From Gemmatimonadota bacterium (GTDB lineage Bacteria; Gemmatimonadota; Gemmatimonadetes; JACCXV01; JAHWKZ01), in the NCBI GenBank assembly GCA_035711625.1, contig DASTCA010000037.1:3070-67069 (forward strand): a stretch of DNA of 64,000 nucleotides, read 5' to 3'. A program made the translations under genes and the position numbers. Under the pieces are notes generated by a model that made no database searches, had not been told where the DNA came from, and saw only the letters and a program-made list of their open reading frames with translations. This document shows, piece after piece, positions 56,899 to 64,000 of the stretch. Position 1 is the first letter of the stretch; each line of letters opens with the position of its first letter.

Positions 56899-59800
56899 AT
56901 GCCGGGCCCGATGAAGAACGATCCTCCCGCCGGCCCCAGCCCCGACCGAGAGCAGCTCGAACGCGCAATCGCGGCGCAGGAATCGCTGCGCGATTCGCTC
57001 GGTAGCGAAGTCGTCGATGCCGCGGTCACGGCCTTGCGGGAGAAGCTCGAGGCTCTCGCACCCATTCAGGAGGAGACCCGCCGGCAGGTCACGATCCTGT
57101 TCGCCGACGTGTCAGGATTCACCTCGATGGCGGAGACCCGGGACGCGGAAGAGGTGAGCGCGGCGATGAACGAGCTATGGCGTCGCGTCGACGGGGTGAT
57201 CCTCGAGAACGGCGGAACGATCGACAAGCACATGGGGGACGCGGTCATGGCTCTGTGGGGCGCCAGCGGCGCTCGCGAGGACGACCCGGAGCGGGCGATC
57301 ACCGCCGCCCTGGCGATTCAGCGCGATATCGACGGGCTCGAGCTCGCAGGTCGTCCCGTCCGGGTGCGGGTTGGAATCAATACCGGCATGGTTCTCGTCG
57401 GTCGCGTGGGATCGAAGGGCGAGACGACCGCGGTCGGGGACGCCGTGAACGTCGCCAGCCGGCTCGAGGAGATGGCGGCGCCGGGCGCGATCCTCGTCTC
57501 CCACGACACGTATCGCCACGTGCGCGGGGTCTTCGAGGTGCGGGAAGAAGAGGCCGTGGCGGTCCGGGGGAGGGGCGAGCCGGTCCGCGTCTACACGGTG
57601 CTCGCCGCGAAGCGGCGAGCCTTCCGGCTCTCCACGCGGGGGGTCGAGGGCATCGAAACGCGGATGATCGGACGCGAGAGCGAGCTTCGTGCCCTGATCG
57701 AGATGTTGCGCGAGACGATCGACGAGCGCGATCCGCGGGTCGTCACGGTCTTCGGCGAGGCCGGTCTCGGGAAATCGCGGCTCATGTTCGAGTTCGCCAG
57801 CGCGGTGGAGCTCCTGCCCGACCGGGTCAGAGTGTTCACCGCCCGCGCGCATCAGGAGATGCCGGCCCTCCAGTTCGCGCTCGTGCGCGATCTCTTCGCC
57901 TCGCGCTTCGGGATCCAGGAGAGCGATCCGATCGACGTGAAGCGAGGGAAGTTCGAGAACGGGATGGAGGTGTTCCTCGGTCCGGGAGAAGAGAGCCGCA
58001 TGATGGCCCATATCGTGGGACAGCTCATCGGCCTCGACTTCTCGACGAGCCCGTTCGTGAAGCCTTTGATCGGCAACCCCCGCCAGATTCGCGATCGCGC
58101 GCTCCGCTACGCGGCTGAGTTCATGCGCCGAGTGACGCAGGAGCTTCCTGCGCTGATCCTGCTCGAGGATATCCACTGGGCGGACAACGGCTCGCTCGAC
58201 TTCGTGGACCAGGTGACGCGCGCCTGCGAAGGTGCGCGGATGTTCGTGCTCTGCCTGGCGCGGCCGAGCCTGCTGGAGCGCCGCCCGTCCTGGGGTGAGG
58301 GGATGGCCCATCATCAGCGGATCGATCTGCGCCCGTTGACGAAGCGGCAGAGCCGGCAGCTCGTGGAGGACATCCTGCGGCAGTCGGAGAGCGTCCCCGA
58401 GGTCCTGCGCGAGGTGGTGGTGGGAAGCGCCGAGGGAAACCCGTTCTACGTCGAAGAGCTGATCAAGATGCTGATCGACCAGGGGGTGATCCAGCCGACT
58501 CCCGAGGTCTGGAGGGTCGACGCCCGCCGGCTCGTTGAGGTGCGGGTGCCTCCGACACTCACGGGCATCATCCAGGCCCGTCTCGATCGCCTTTCGCGCT
58601 GGGAGCGCGTCGTTCTCCAGCGCGCGTCGATCGTAGGTCGCGAGTTCTGGGCCGAGGCCATCGAGCGGATGGGTGAGGAGCCGGCGAGCGCGGTGGGCCA
58701 GGCACTGGAGTCGCTGCGCGGCAAGGAGATCATCTACCGGCACGAGGCCTCTCAGTTCGAGGACGACGTCGAGTTCACGTTCAAGCACGCGCTCCTGAGG
58801 GACGTGACGTACGAGAGCGTGCTCAAGCGCGACCGGGTGGCCTGGCATCGGGTGGTCGCGACCTGGCTCGTAGACCGCAGCGGCGGCGACGGGGACAGGT
58901 TCGCCGCCGTGATCGCCGACCACTTCGAGCGCGCGGGGATCGCCAGCGAAGCGGCGGAGTGGTACGGCCGAGCGGCGCGCCACGAGCAGCGCGCATATGC
59001 CCACGAGACGGCGATCGACTATTACCGCAGGGCGATCGACTTCGCCTCGGAGGCCCAAGCCGTATCCGGGGAATCCGGACGCCAGCGCAGGATCGAGTGG
59101 TACCGCGGCATGGCCGAGGCGCTCGGTGTTCTGGCTCGCTTCGACGACGCCATCGACGCCTACGAGAAGATGCGTGCGGCCGCCGCGGCCGCCGGCGACA
59201 AGGTGGCCGAGGCGCGGGCCTGGAACGGCCGTGGCTTCATCGAGCAGCGCAAGGGGGACTATCAGGGTCTACTCGCGAGCGCGGAGCGAGCCGAAGAGCT
59301 GGCGGCCGAAGCAGGCGACCTGCCGGAGGCCCGGATCGAGCGGGTGGTGGCGCTGGTGCGGATGAGCGACGGCTACTTTCGGCTTGGCGCAGCCGAAGAG
59401 CAGGAGGCGCTGGCTGCGCGCTCGCTCGAGCTTGCCACGTCGCTCGGGGAAGCGGCGCTGCGCGAGCAGGCGCTGAGCCTGAAGCTGCTCGGGATGGCGA
59501 GCCAGGTCGCGGGACGCTTCGAGGAGGCGCGTCGCCGCAAGGAGCAGGCGCTCGAGATCTTCCGCCGCCTGGGGGACCATCAGACGGTGGGGATGATGCT
59601 GAACAGCCTGGGCGAGACGCTGAGGCTGAAGGGAGACTACGCCGCCGCGCGGGACCGCTACCAGGAGGCGCTCTCGATCGCGCGCGAGACCGGCCACCGC
59701 CCGGAGCAGATCTTGTGCCTCAGCAATCTGGCCGGCGCGCGGCTCGGACTCGGCGAGTTCGCGGAAGCGGAGAGGCTCCTCCGCGAGGCGATCGATCTGG

Positions 59801-60225
59801 CGGGTCCGGCGGGGTACCACGTGCTGCCGGAGGCGTACCGTTTCCTGGCGGAGGCGTGCCTGGGCCTGGGGCGGAACGAGGACGCCCTCGAGGCGGCACG
59901 GCTTGCGCTCACGCTCTCGCGGGACGAGAGCCCGGATCATCTCGGCCACGCATGGCGGGTCCTGGGTCGCGTTGCTTCACGGACCGGCCCGGAGGAGATC
60001 GGCGGCGAGAACTGGACCCCCGAGGCCTGCTTCGAGGAGAGCGTGAGAGTCTTCCAGCGCTCGAAGATGGACTCCGAACGCGCGCGCACGCTCCTCGACT
60101 GGGGGCGTCATGAGCGCGAGACGGGGCTGGGCGCCGAGGCAGAGGCCAGGCTCGAGGAGGCGCGGGCGATCTTCGAGCGGCTCGGCATGGCGCACGACCC
60201 CGAGCCCGCCGCTCGCGCGGGTTGA
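56899..60225 (+). CDS. Class III adenylate/guanylate cyclase fused to AAA+ (NACHT/AAA_16-like) ATPase and TPR repeats
   Basis: The cyclase domain carries ILFADVSGFT, GDAVMALWG and VGINTGMVLVGRVG. A P-loop follows (TVFGEAGLGKSRL), then C-terminal TPR-like helical repeats. 1,108 aa. Confidence 0.85.
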   Translation: MPGPMKNDPPAGPSPDREQLERAIAAQESLRDSLGSEVVDAAVTALREKLEALAPIQEETRRQVTILFADVSGFTSMAETRDAEEVSAAMNELWRRVDGVILENGGTIDKHMGDAVMALWGASGAREDDPERAITAALAIQRDIDGLELAGRPVRVRVGINTGMVLVGRVGSKGETTAVGDAVNVASRLEEMAAPGAILVSHDTYRHVRGVFEVREEEAVAVRGRGEPVRVYTVLAAKRRAFRLSTRGVEGIETRMIGRESELRALIEMLRETIDERDPRVVTVFGEAGLGKSRLMFEFASAVELLPDRVRVFTARAHQEMPALQFALVRDLFASRFGIQESDPIDVKRGKFENGMEVFLGPGEESRMMAHIVGQLIGLDFSTSPFVKPLIGNPRQIRDRALRYAAEFMRRVTQELPALILLEDIHWADNGSLDFVDQVTRACEGARMFVLCLARPSLLERRPSWGEGMAHHQRIDLRPLTKRQSRQLVEDILRQSESVPEVLREVVVGSAEGNPFYVEELIKMLIDQGVIQPTPEVWRVDARRLVEVRVPPTLTGIIQARLDRLSRWERVVLQRASIVGREFWAEAIERMGEEPASAVGQALESLRGKEIIYRHEASQFEDDVEFTFKHALLRDVTYESVLKRDRVAWHRVVATWLVDRSGGDGDRFAAVIADHFERAGIASEAAEWYGRAARHEQRAYAHETAIDYYRRAIDFASEAQAVSGESGRQRRIEWYRGMAEALGVLARFDDAIDAYEKMRAAAAAAGDKVAEARAWNGRGFIEQRKGDYQGLLASAERAEELAAEAGDLPEARIERVVALVRMSDGYFRLGAAEEQEALAARSLELATSLGEAALREQALSLKLLGMASQVAGRFEEARRRKEQALEIFRRLGDHQTVGMMLNSLGETLRLKGDYAAARDRYQEALSIARETGHRPEQILCLSNLAGARLGLGEFAEAERLLREAIDLAGPAGYHVLPEAYRFLAEACLGLGRNEDALEAARLALTLSRDESPDHLGHAWRVLGRVASRTGPEEIGGENWTPEACFEESVRVFQRSKMDSERARTLLDWGRHERETGLGAEAEARLEEARAIFERLGMAHDPEPAARAG

Positions 60226-60253
60226 GCGGGTAGGAGCGGGAGGAAGAAGAACC

Positions 60254-60640
60254 ATGCGGGAGATCCGTGTCCGGAGCCGCGCGAAGCGCGAGCTGATCGA
60301 CATCACAGACGAGGTCGCAGAAGCGGCGCGCGAGGGAGGCGACGGCGTGTGGCTGGTGTTCGTTCCGCACACGACGGCGGGTCTGGCGATCAACGAGGGC
60401 GCCGATCCGAGCGTGGCGACCGACATCGTGCGAGCGCTCGAACACGCGGTGCCCGAGGAACAGGCGTTCGAGCACGCGGAAGGGAACTCCACCGCACACG
60501 TCATGTCCACGATCGCGGGGTCGTCGGCGCTCGTGGCGGTGGAGAACGGCGAGCTCGCGCTCGGTACGTGGCAGTCGATCTTCCTCTGCGAATTCGACGG
60601 CCCGCGCTCGCGTGAGGTGTGGCTGCGGAAGCTGGGATGA
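60254..60640 (+). CDS. YjbQ/UPF0047 family protein (secondary thiamine-phosphate synthase-like)
   Basis: GLAINEGADP...HVMSTIAGSS...GTWQSIFLCEFDGPR matches the YjbQ family. Confidence 0.8.
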   Translation: MREIRVRSRAKRELIDITDEVAEAAREGGDGVWLVFVPHTTAGLAINEGADPSVATDIVRALEHAVPEEQAFEHAEGNSTAHVMSTIAGSSALVAVENGELALGTWQSIFLCEFDGPRSREVWLRKLG

Positions 60641-61185
60641 GTGGCCCGGCCGGGCGGGGAGCGGTCGCATTCCCGCTGGCCGCCGTCCTGCCGGCGGCGG
60701 GTCCCGCGGTGTGGTTCGCCCTCCCCGAGCCATGGGGGGCGCTCGTCTGGTTCTACCTTTTTCTGGTCTTCGGGGCGCTGACGGGTGCGGCGCGGGCACG
60801 CCCGGGGTCGGCCGGGCCGGCGGCCTTCCGCTTCGGGGCCGCGTTCTCGATTCCCGGCGCGGTGCTGCCCTTCTCGCTGGTGCCCGCCGACGGCGCCGGG
60901 CTCGTCGTCTCGACCGCCGCAGCATGGGGTCTGGCGCTCGGCGCCGGCGCGGCCATCGGCGCGTTCCTGTCGGCGCGCCGGCTCGCCGGGCCGGGAGGAT
61001 CGCGCCTCGGCGCCGCCTGGCGTTGGGGTGTCGCCTTCCTCGCCGGCGGCGCCGCGGGCGGCGCCGCGGCGAATCTCATCGTCACGGCGCTTCCCGGGCG
61101 CTGGTACCTCGCCGCTTGGGGGATCGGGCTGATCGGGGCCGCCGTCCTGGCGGGACGGCTCCTCGACCGGCGCCGGGATGGCTAG
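60637..61185 (+). CDS. Hypothetical Gly/Ala-rich membrane protein
   Basis: ATGA overlap with yjbQ and four to five hydrophobic helices. The composition is extreme, so real expression is uncertain. Confidence 0.35.
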   Translation: MSGPAGRGAVAFPLAAVLPAAGPAVWFALPEPWGALVWFYLFLVFGALTGAARARPGSAGPAAFRFGAAFSIPGAVLPFSLVPADGAGLVVSTAAAWGLALGAGAAIGAFLSARRLAGPGGSRLGAAWRWGVAFLAGGAAGGAAANLIVTALPGRWYLAAWGIGLIGAAVLAGRLLDRRRDG

Positions 61186-61865
61186 CTGTTCGCGGTCTTC
61201 CCGCGCAATCGCCCGGCCGCCCGACGGATCCGTCCGCGCCGAGGGAGAGGGTGCACTCCGCCGTCCGCGGGGAACCAGGGCAGATTCGAACGGTCGACCA
61301 CGCGGTCGGCGTCCTGGAGGGTGGCGAGCAGCCCGGGCAGGAGCTCGCGCGTCTCGGCGTACAGCACCTCGTTCAGCTCGGCCCCGCTGTCGCGATAGCT
61401 CGCGTTGAAGATGTGCCGGGCGCGCGCCTGCCGAACGCGGTTCATGACCTCGAACACGGCGGCATGGGCCTCGCGGATCGCTTCCTCGAAGAACGTTGGC
61501 AGGTAGCGCTGGAGACCAGTCCGATAGAGGTCGTCATGGGCCTGTTGCGAGAACGAGTGCGAGATCGTCACGGCCCAATCCCACATCTCGGTACGCGCCA
61601 CCACGGACTGCTCGAGGGCCGACATCAGGTCCCTTAGCACGCGGACGTTCTGGCTTATCTCGCGATTGACGTGCTCGACAAGGAGCGCGAGAAATACCTT
61701 GTCGTCGTTCTCACGTGTACGGTGCCCCTCGGCGATCTGCCAGCGCACGATCGCGAGCGTCGCCAGACCGCCGAGGAGGACGCCGTAGAACGTGCCGACG
61801 AGATCCGGCCATTGGGAGAGGACGGTCTCGAAGAAGCTGCGGAGGAGCTTGGTCACGACCGACAT
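61182..61865 (-). CDS. Hypothetical N-terminally anchored protein
   Basis: The start is ATG 61865 (MSVVTKLLRS...), with one TM segment and a helical body. The longer six-frame ORF to 62123 overlaps the divergent glycosylase gene and was rejected. Confidence 0.35.
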   Translation of the reverse strand: MSVVTKLLRSFFETVLSQWPDLVGTFYGVLLGGLATLAIVRWQIAEGHRTRENDDKVFLALLVEHVNREISQNVRVLRDLMSALEQSVVARTEMWDWAVTISHSFSQQAHDDLYRTGLQRYLPTFFEEAIREAHAAVFEVMNRVRQARARHIFNASYRDSGAELNEVLYAETRELLPGLLATLQDADRVVDRSNLPWFPADGGVHPLPRRGRIRRAAGRLRGKTANS

Positions 61866-61893
61866 CGAGGTTCCGAATATAGACGACGGGCGA

Positions 61894-62811
61894 ATGCGCG
61901 CCGTCGCGGTTCCGAGCGACTTCGACTTGGCCGTGACGGTGTACTCGCACGGCTGGTGCATGCTCGCCCCAAACCAACCGGACGAAAACGGGAAGACCCT
62001 GGAGCGGGCCTGGCGCGTGGCGGGGGGCTCAACCCTGCTCCGGATGGAGCAGCCGCGGGGCCGGGGGTCAGGCGTGGAGCTGCGGGTGGTCGGCGGCCGT
62101 GGGGTGCGCGCGGGCCTCTCCACGGCGGATTGGGCTCGCGTGGAGAGGGACGTCCGTCATATGCTGCGCCTGGACGAGGAGTTCTCCGCGTTCCACGTCT
62201 TATGTCGAAGAGCGGGCGGGCAGTTCGCACGTGCGGCGGAAATCGGCTTCGGCCGACTCCTCCGCTCGCCGACCTTGTTCGAGGACGTAGCGAAGGTGCT
62301 GGCCACGACGAACACGACCTGGTCGGGAACGAAATCGATGCTGCGGAAGCTGGTCGACGTCGCCGACGAAGGTGGCGCGTTCCCGGGACCCGAAACGGTG
62401 GCGGCGCTGGGAACGGCTCGCCTCCGGGACGACGCCCGCTGGGGGTACCGCGCGGCGTATCTGTGGCGGATGGCCGAGGCGGTCGCAGGGGGATCGCTCG
62501 ATCTGGCGGCGTGGGAACGGTGGGAGGGGACGACGGAGGAGCTCGAGCAGGAGATCCGGCGCGTGCCGGGGCTCGGGCCCTACGCGGCTGCCCATGTCCT
62601 CACCCTCCTCGGCCGCTATGACCGGATAGGCGTCGACACGGTGTTCCGCGCCTTCGTGAAGAAAGCGCACTTCCCGCGCGCCCGAAAGCCCGTCTCCGAC
62701 CGGAAGATGCTCGACGTGTACCGTTCCTGGGGGGAATGGAGGATGTTGGCATACTGGTACGAGCTCTGGAGCGACTACACCGGAGGGTCTTCGGACGGCG
62801 CCGAGAGGTGA
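61894..62811 (+). CDS. HhH-GPD superfamily DNA glycosylase (AlkA/Ogg-like)
   Basis: C-terminal helix-hairpin-helix plus Gly/Pro-Asp loop: VPGLGPYAAAHVLTLLGRYDRIGVDTVFRAF. The start is uncertain (61894 or downstream). Confidence 0.55.
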   Translation: MRAVAVPSDFDLAVTVYSHGWCMLAPNQPDENGKTLERAWRVAGGSTLLRMEQPRGRGSGVELRVVGGRGVRAGLSTADWARVERDVRHMLRLDEEFSAFHVLCRRAGGQFARAAEIGFGRLLRSPTLFEDVAKVLATTNTTWSGTKSMLRKLVDVADEGGAFPGPETVAALGTARLRDDARWGYRAAYLWRMAEAVAGGSLDLAAWERWEGTTEELEQEIRRVPGLGPYAAAHVLTLLGRYDRIGVDTVFRAFVKKAHFPRARKPVSDRKMLDVYRSWGEWRMLAYWYELWSDYTGGSSDGAER

Positions 62812-63419
62812 GCCACGATCGCGGCCTCGAGGTCTTCGAGATGGCCGGTGAAGAAGTGGTCGGCGTCCTCGACGACCACGAGCTGCCAGGGCTGGGCGAC
62901 CCGGGCCAGACCCGCGCGCAGCTCGTCCAGCGGTCCGTGTTCGTCGTGAGCTCCCTGCACGAACAGCTTGGGCAGAGTGACGTCCGCGAGCTGCTGGAAG
63001 GGAAAGCTCGCGGTCGCCGTGCCTAGGCAGACCAGGCGGTCGACCCGCGGATCCGCGCTCGCCACAGGGGTCCCGACCGAGTTCCCGAACGAGAATCCGC
63101 AGTGAAGCAGTGGAATGCCGGGATGCTCGTGAGCCATCCAGTTAAGCGCCGCCCGCACGTCTTCGGCTTCGCCGATACCTTCCTCGAACGACCCAGCCGA
63201 GCGACCCACGCCACGGAAGTTGTAGCGCAGCGACGGGTACCCGAGCCTCTCGAACGCCTTGGCCGAGCGGAACACAACCTTATTGTGCATCGTCCCGCCG
63301 AAGCTCGGATGAGGATGCGACAGGATGGCTGCGCGTGCGGGACGCTCGGACCCCGGCTTATAGAGCCCCTCGATGGGCCCGGCGGGCCCGGCGAACGTGA
63401 ACGTCCCCAGCTGGATCAT
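62775..63419 (-). CDS. Alpha/beta hydrolase (dienelactone-hydrolase/KANL3-like, no lid)
   Basis: HPHPSFGGTMHNKV, the nucleophile elbow GFSFGNSVG, and Asp/His near the C-terminus (EDADHFF). Confidence 0.7.
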   Translation of the reverse strand: MIQLGTFTFAGPAGPIEGLYKPGSERPARAAILSHPHPSFGGTMHNKVVFRSAKAFERLGYPSLRYNFRGVGRSAGSFEEGIGEAEDVRAALNWMAHEHPGIPLLHCGFSFGNSVGTPVASADPRVDRLVCLGTATASFPFQQLADVTLPKLFVQGAHDEHGPLDELRAGLARVAQPWQLVVVEDADHFFTGHLEDLEAAIVAHLSAPSEDPPV

Positions 63420-63493
63420 GGGCGCCGATGGCTAGCGCGGCGGTCGGTGGGCGGCAAGCGTGCCCGGCTCCACGGGCGGTCGGGGCCGCAGAG

Positions 63494-63868
63494 ATGATCG
63501 ATGCCGGGACTCTGTTCGCGTCGGCGCGCCGCATCCTTGACGCTGCGGCCCGGGACGCCGCTGGCGGCCTCCACTTGAGCGCCTGCGTGGGAGCGCAGCG
63601 CGCGGCTGCGATGGCCACCGAAGCGTGGCTGAGACGCGAGGGTCAACCGCTCGTCTCCGCCAGCATCTACGAGAATGTCTGCATGGCACCCTACGCGGGC
63701 GCCGATGTGCGGGAATCGGCCCGGCTCCTCGACCGCCATCGGATCGACGAGGGCCCGCACGGGTCGGCGGCGGGAACCGCCAATTCGCGGAGGGAAGCGG
63801 AGGAAGCGGTGCTCGCGGGACGCCGCGTCCTCGAGTTCGTCGAGCGACGCATGAAAGCCTCCGGGTGA
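63494..63868 (+). CDS. HEPN-domain protein
   Basis: All-alpha ~124 aa with an R..x(4-6)H-like region (RREAEEAVLAGRRVLEFVERR). An alternative upstream start lies at 63428. Confidence 0.4.
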   Translation: MIDAGTLFASARRILDAAARDAAGGLHLSACVGAQRAAAMATEAWLRREGQPLVSASIYENVCMAPYAGADVRESARLLDRHRIDEGPHGSAAGTANSRREAEEAVLAGRRVLEFVERRMKASG

Positions 63869-64000
63869 GCTCGGAGCCCACCGAGGTCTTTGGTCCGCTG
63901 GCGGAGGAGTACGCCCGGTATCGGCCTTCGTATCCGGGAGCGTTGTTCGACGCCCTGTTCGCGCGCCTGGAAGACACGCGGGGGCCGGTCGTGGATCTCG
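63865..64000 (+). CDS. Class I SAM-dependent methyltransferase, 5' fragment (runs off the window)
   Basis: GTGA overlap with the HEPN gene. N-terminus EVFGPLAEEYARYRPSYPGALFDAL is typical of UbiE/SmtA-like methyltransferases. Confidence 0.4.
   Translation, partial: MSSEPTEVFGPLAEEYARYRPSYPGALFDALFARLEDTRGPVVDL

Noticed and set aside
57175-59058. 627-aa antisense ORF inside the cyclase-AAA-TPR gene
   Set aside because: Antisense, Arg/Asp/Pro-rich, no motifs.
1-64000. CRISPR arrays, rRNA genes, transposases/integrases, classical toxin-antitoxin pairs
   Set aside because: No short direct-repeat/spacer periodicity, no rRNA-like conserved blocks, and no DDE/tyrosine-recombinase motifs were seen in any frame.

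Overview
High-GC (~70%) bacterial chromosomal segment, mostly core metabolism with a few accessory or unusual spots. Gene order 5'->3', with strand:

- **1-4504 (+):** a respiratory biogenesis operon. A membrane-protein 3' fragment is followed by ctaA (heme A synthase), ctaB (heme O synthase), an ABC ATPase, an ABC-2 permease and a DUF420 protein, all joined by 4-bp start/stop overlaps.
- **4524-5149 (+):** a SnoaL/DUF4440-like secreted protein and a tiny single-TM ORF.
- **5150-5777 (-):** two tandem tRNA-Ser genes (GGA and CGA anticodons) inside duplicated, hairpin-rich ~300-bp modules.
- **5819-15177 (-):** tadA fused by an ATGA overlap to a 2,960-aa cyclic beta-1,2-glucan synthase homologue (GT84 + GH94; Cgs/NdvB/ChvB-like).
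- **15204-16696:** a ~1.5-kb lower-GC islet abutting the 3' end of tRNA-Arg(ACG). It is bounded by an imperfect direct repeat of the tRNA 3' end and carries two divergent hypothetical genes.
- **16846-19760:** 2-hydroxyacid dehydrogenase (+) and an NhaC antiporter (-).
- **19880-23886 (+):** a PyrR-attenuated pyrR-pyrB-pyrC operon followed by a YhaM-like HD/OB protein.
- **24014-27203 (+):** rhodanese, a duplicated-domain lipoprotein, msrB and lpdA.
- **27275-30416 (+):** an ICMT-like methyltransferase, a di-heme cytochrome c, two paralogous 'VTEDSRC' lipoproteins and a cyclophilin, again with 4-bp overlaps.
- **30413-33028 (-):** a GT39 glycosyltransferase behind an AT-rich promoter patch, and a PD40 beta-propeller gene interrupted by an in-frame TAA.
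- **33208-37466 (+):** twin amidohydrolases, an NTF2-like protein and a CtlX/amidinotransferase-like enzyme.
- **37468-37623:** a 156-bp MITE-like inverted-repeat element.
- **37653-42665:** an AGCS symporter (+), an M61 peptidase (-), then a hypothetical lipoprotein, a third DUF4440 paralogue and another small lipoprotein (+).
- **42694-50758 (+):** an ACT-malic enzyme, then a 2-oxo-acid dehydrogenase E1alpha/E1beta/E2 operon interrupted by a lipoprotein, an NSS (LeuT-like) transporter and an alkaline-phosphatase-like gene.
- **50760-54628:** a secreted lipoprotein (-), a membrane-anchored TPR protein (+), and a SpoIIAA/STAS-HD pair (-).
- **54762-61185 (+):** a fused E1alpha-beta dehydrogenase, a class III nucleotidyl cyclase-AAA-TPR giant protein, YjbQ and a Gly/Ala-rich membrane protein.
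- **61182-64000:** a hypothetical membrane protein (-), an HhH-GPD glycosylase (+), an alpha/beta hydrolase (-), a HEPN protein (+) and the start of a SAM methyltransferase (+).

No CRISPR array, rRNA or transposase was seen. Many long ORFs in the six-frame track are Arg/Pro/Gly-rich artefacts of the high GC content and were rejected.
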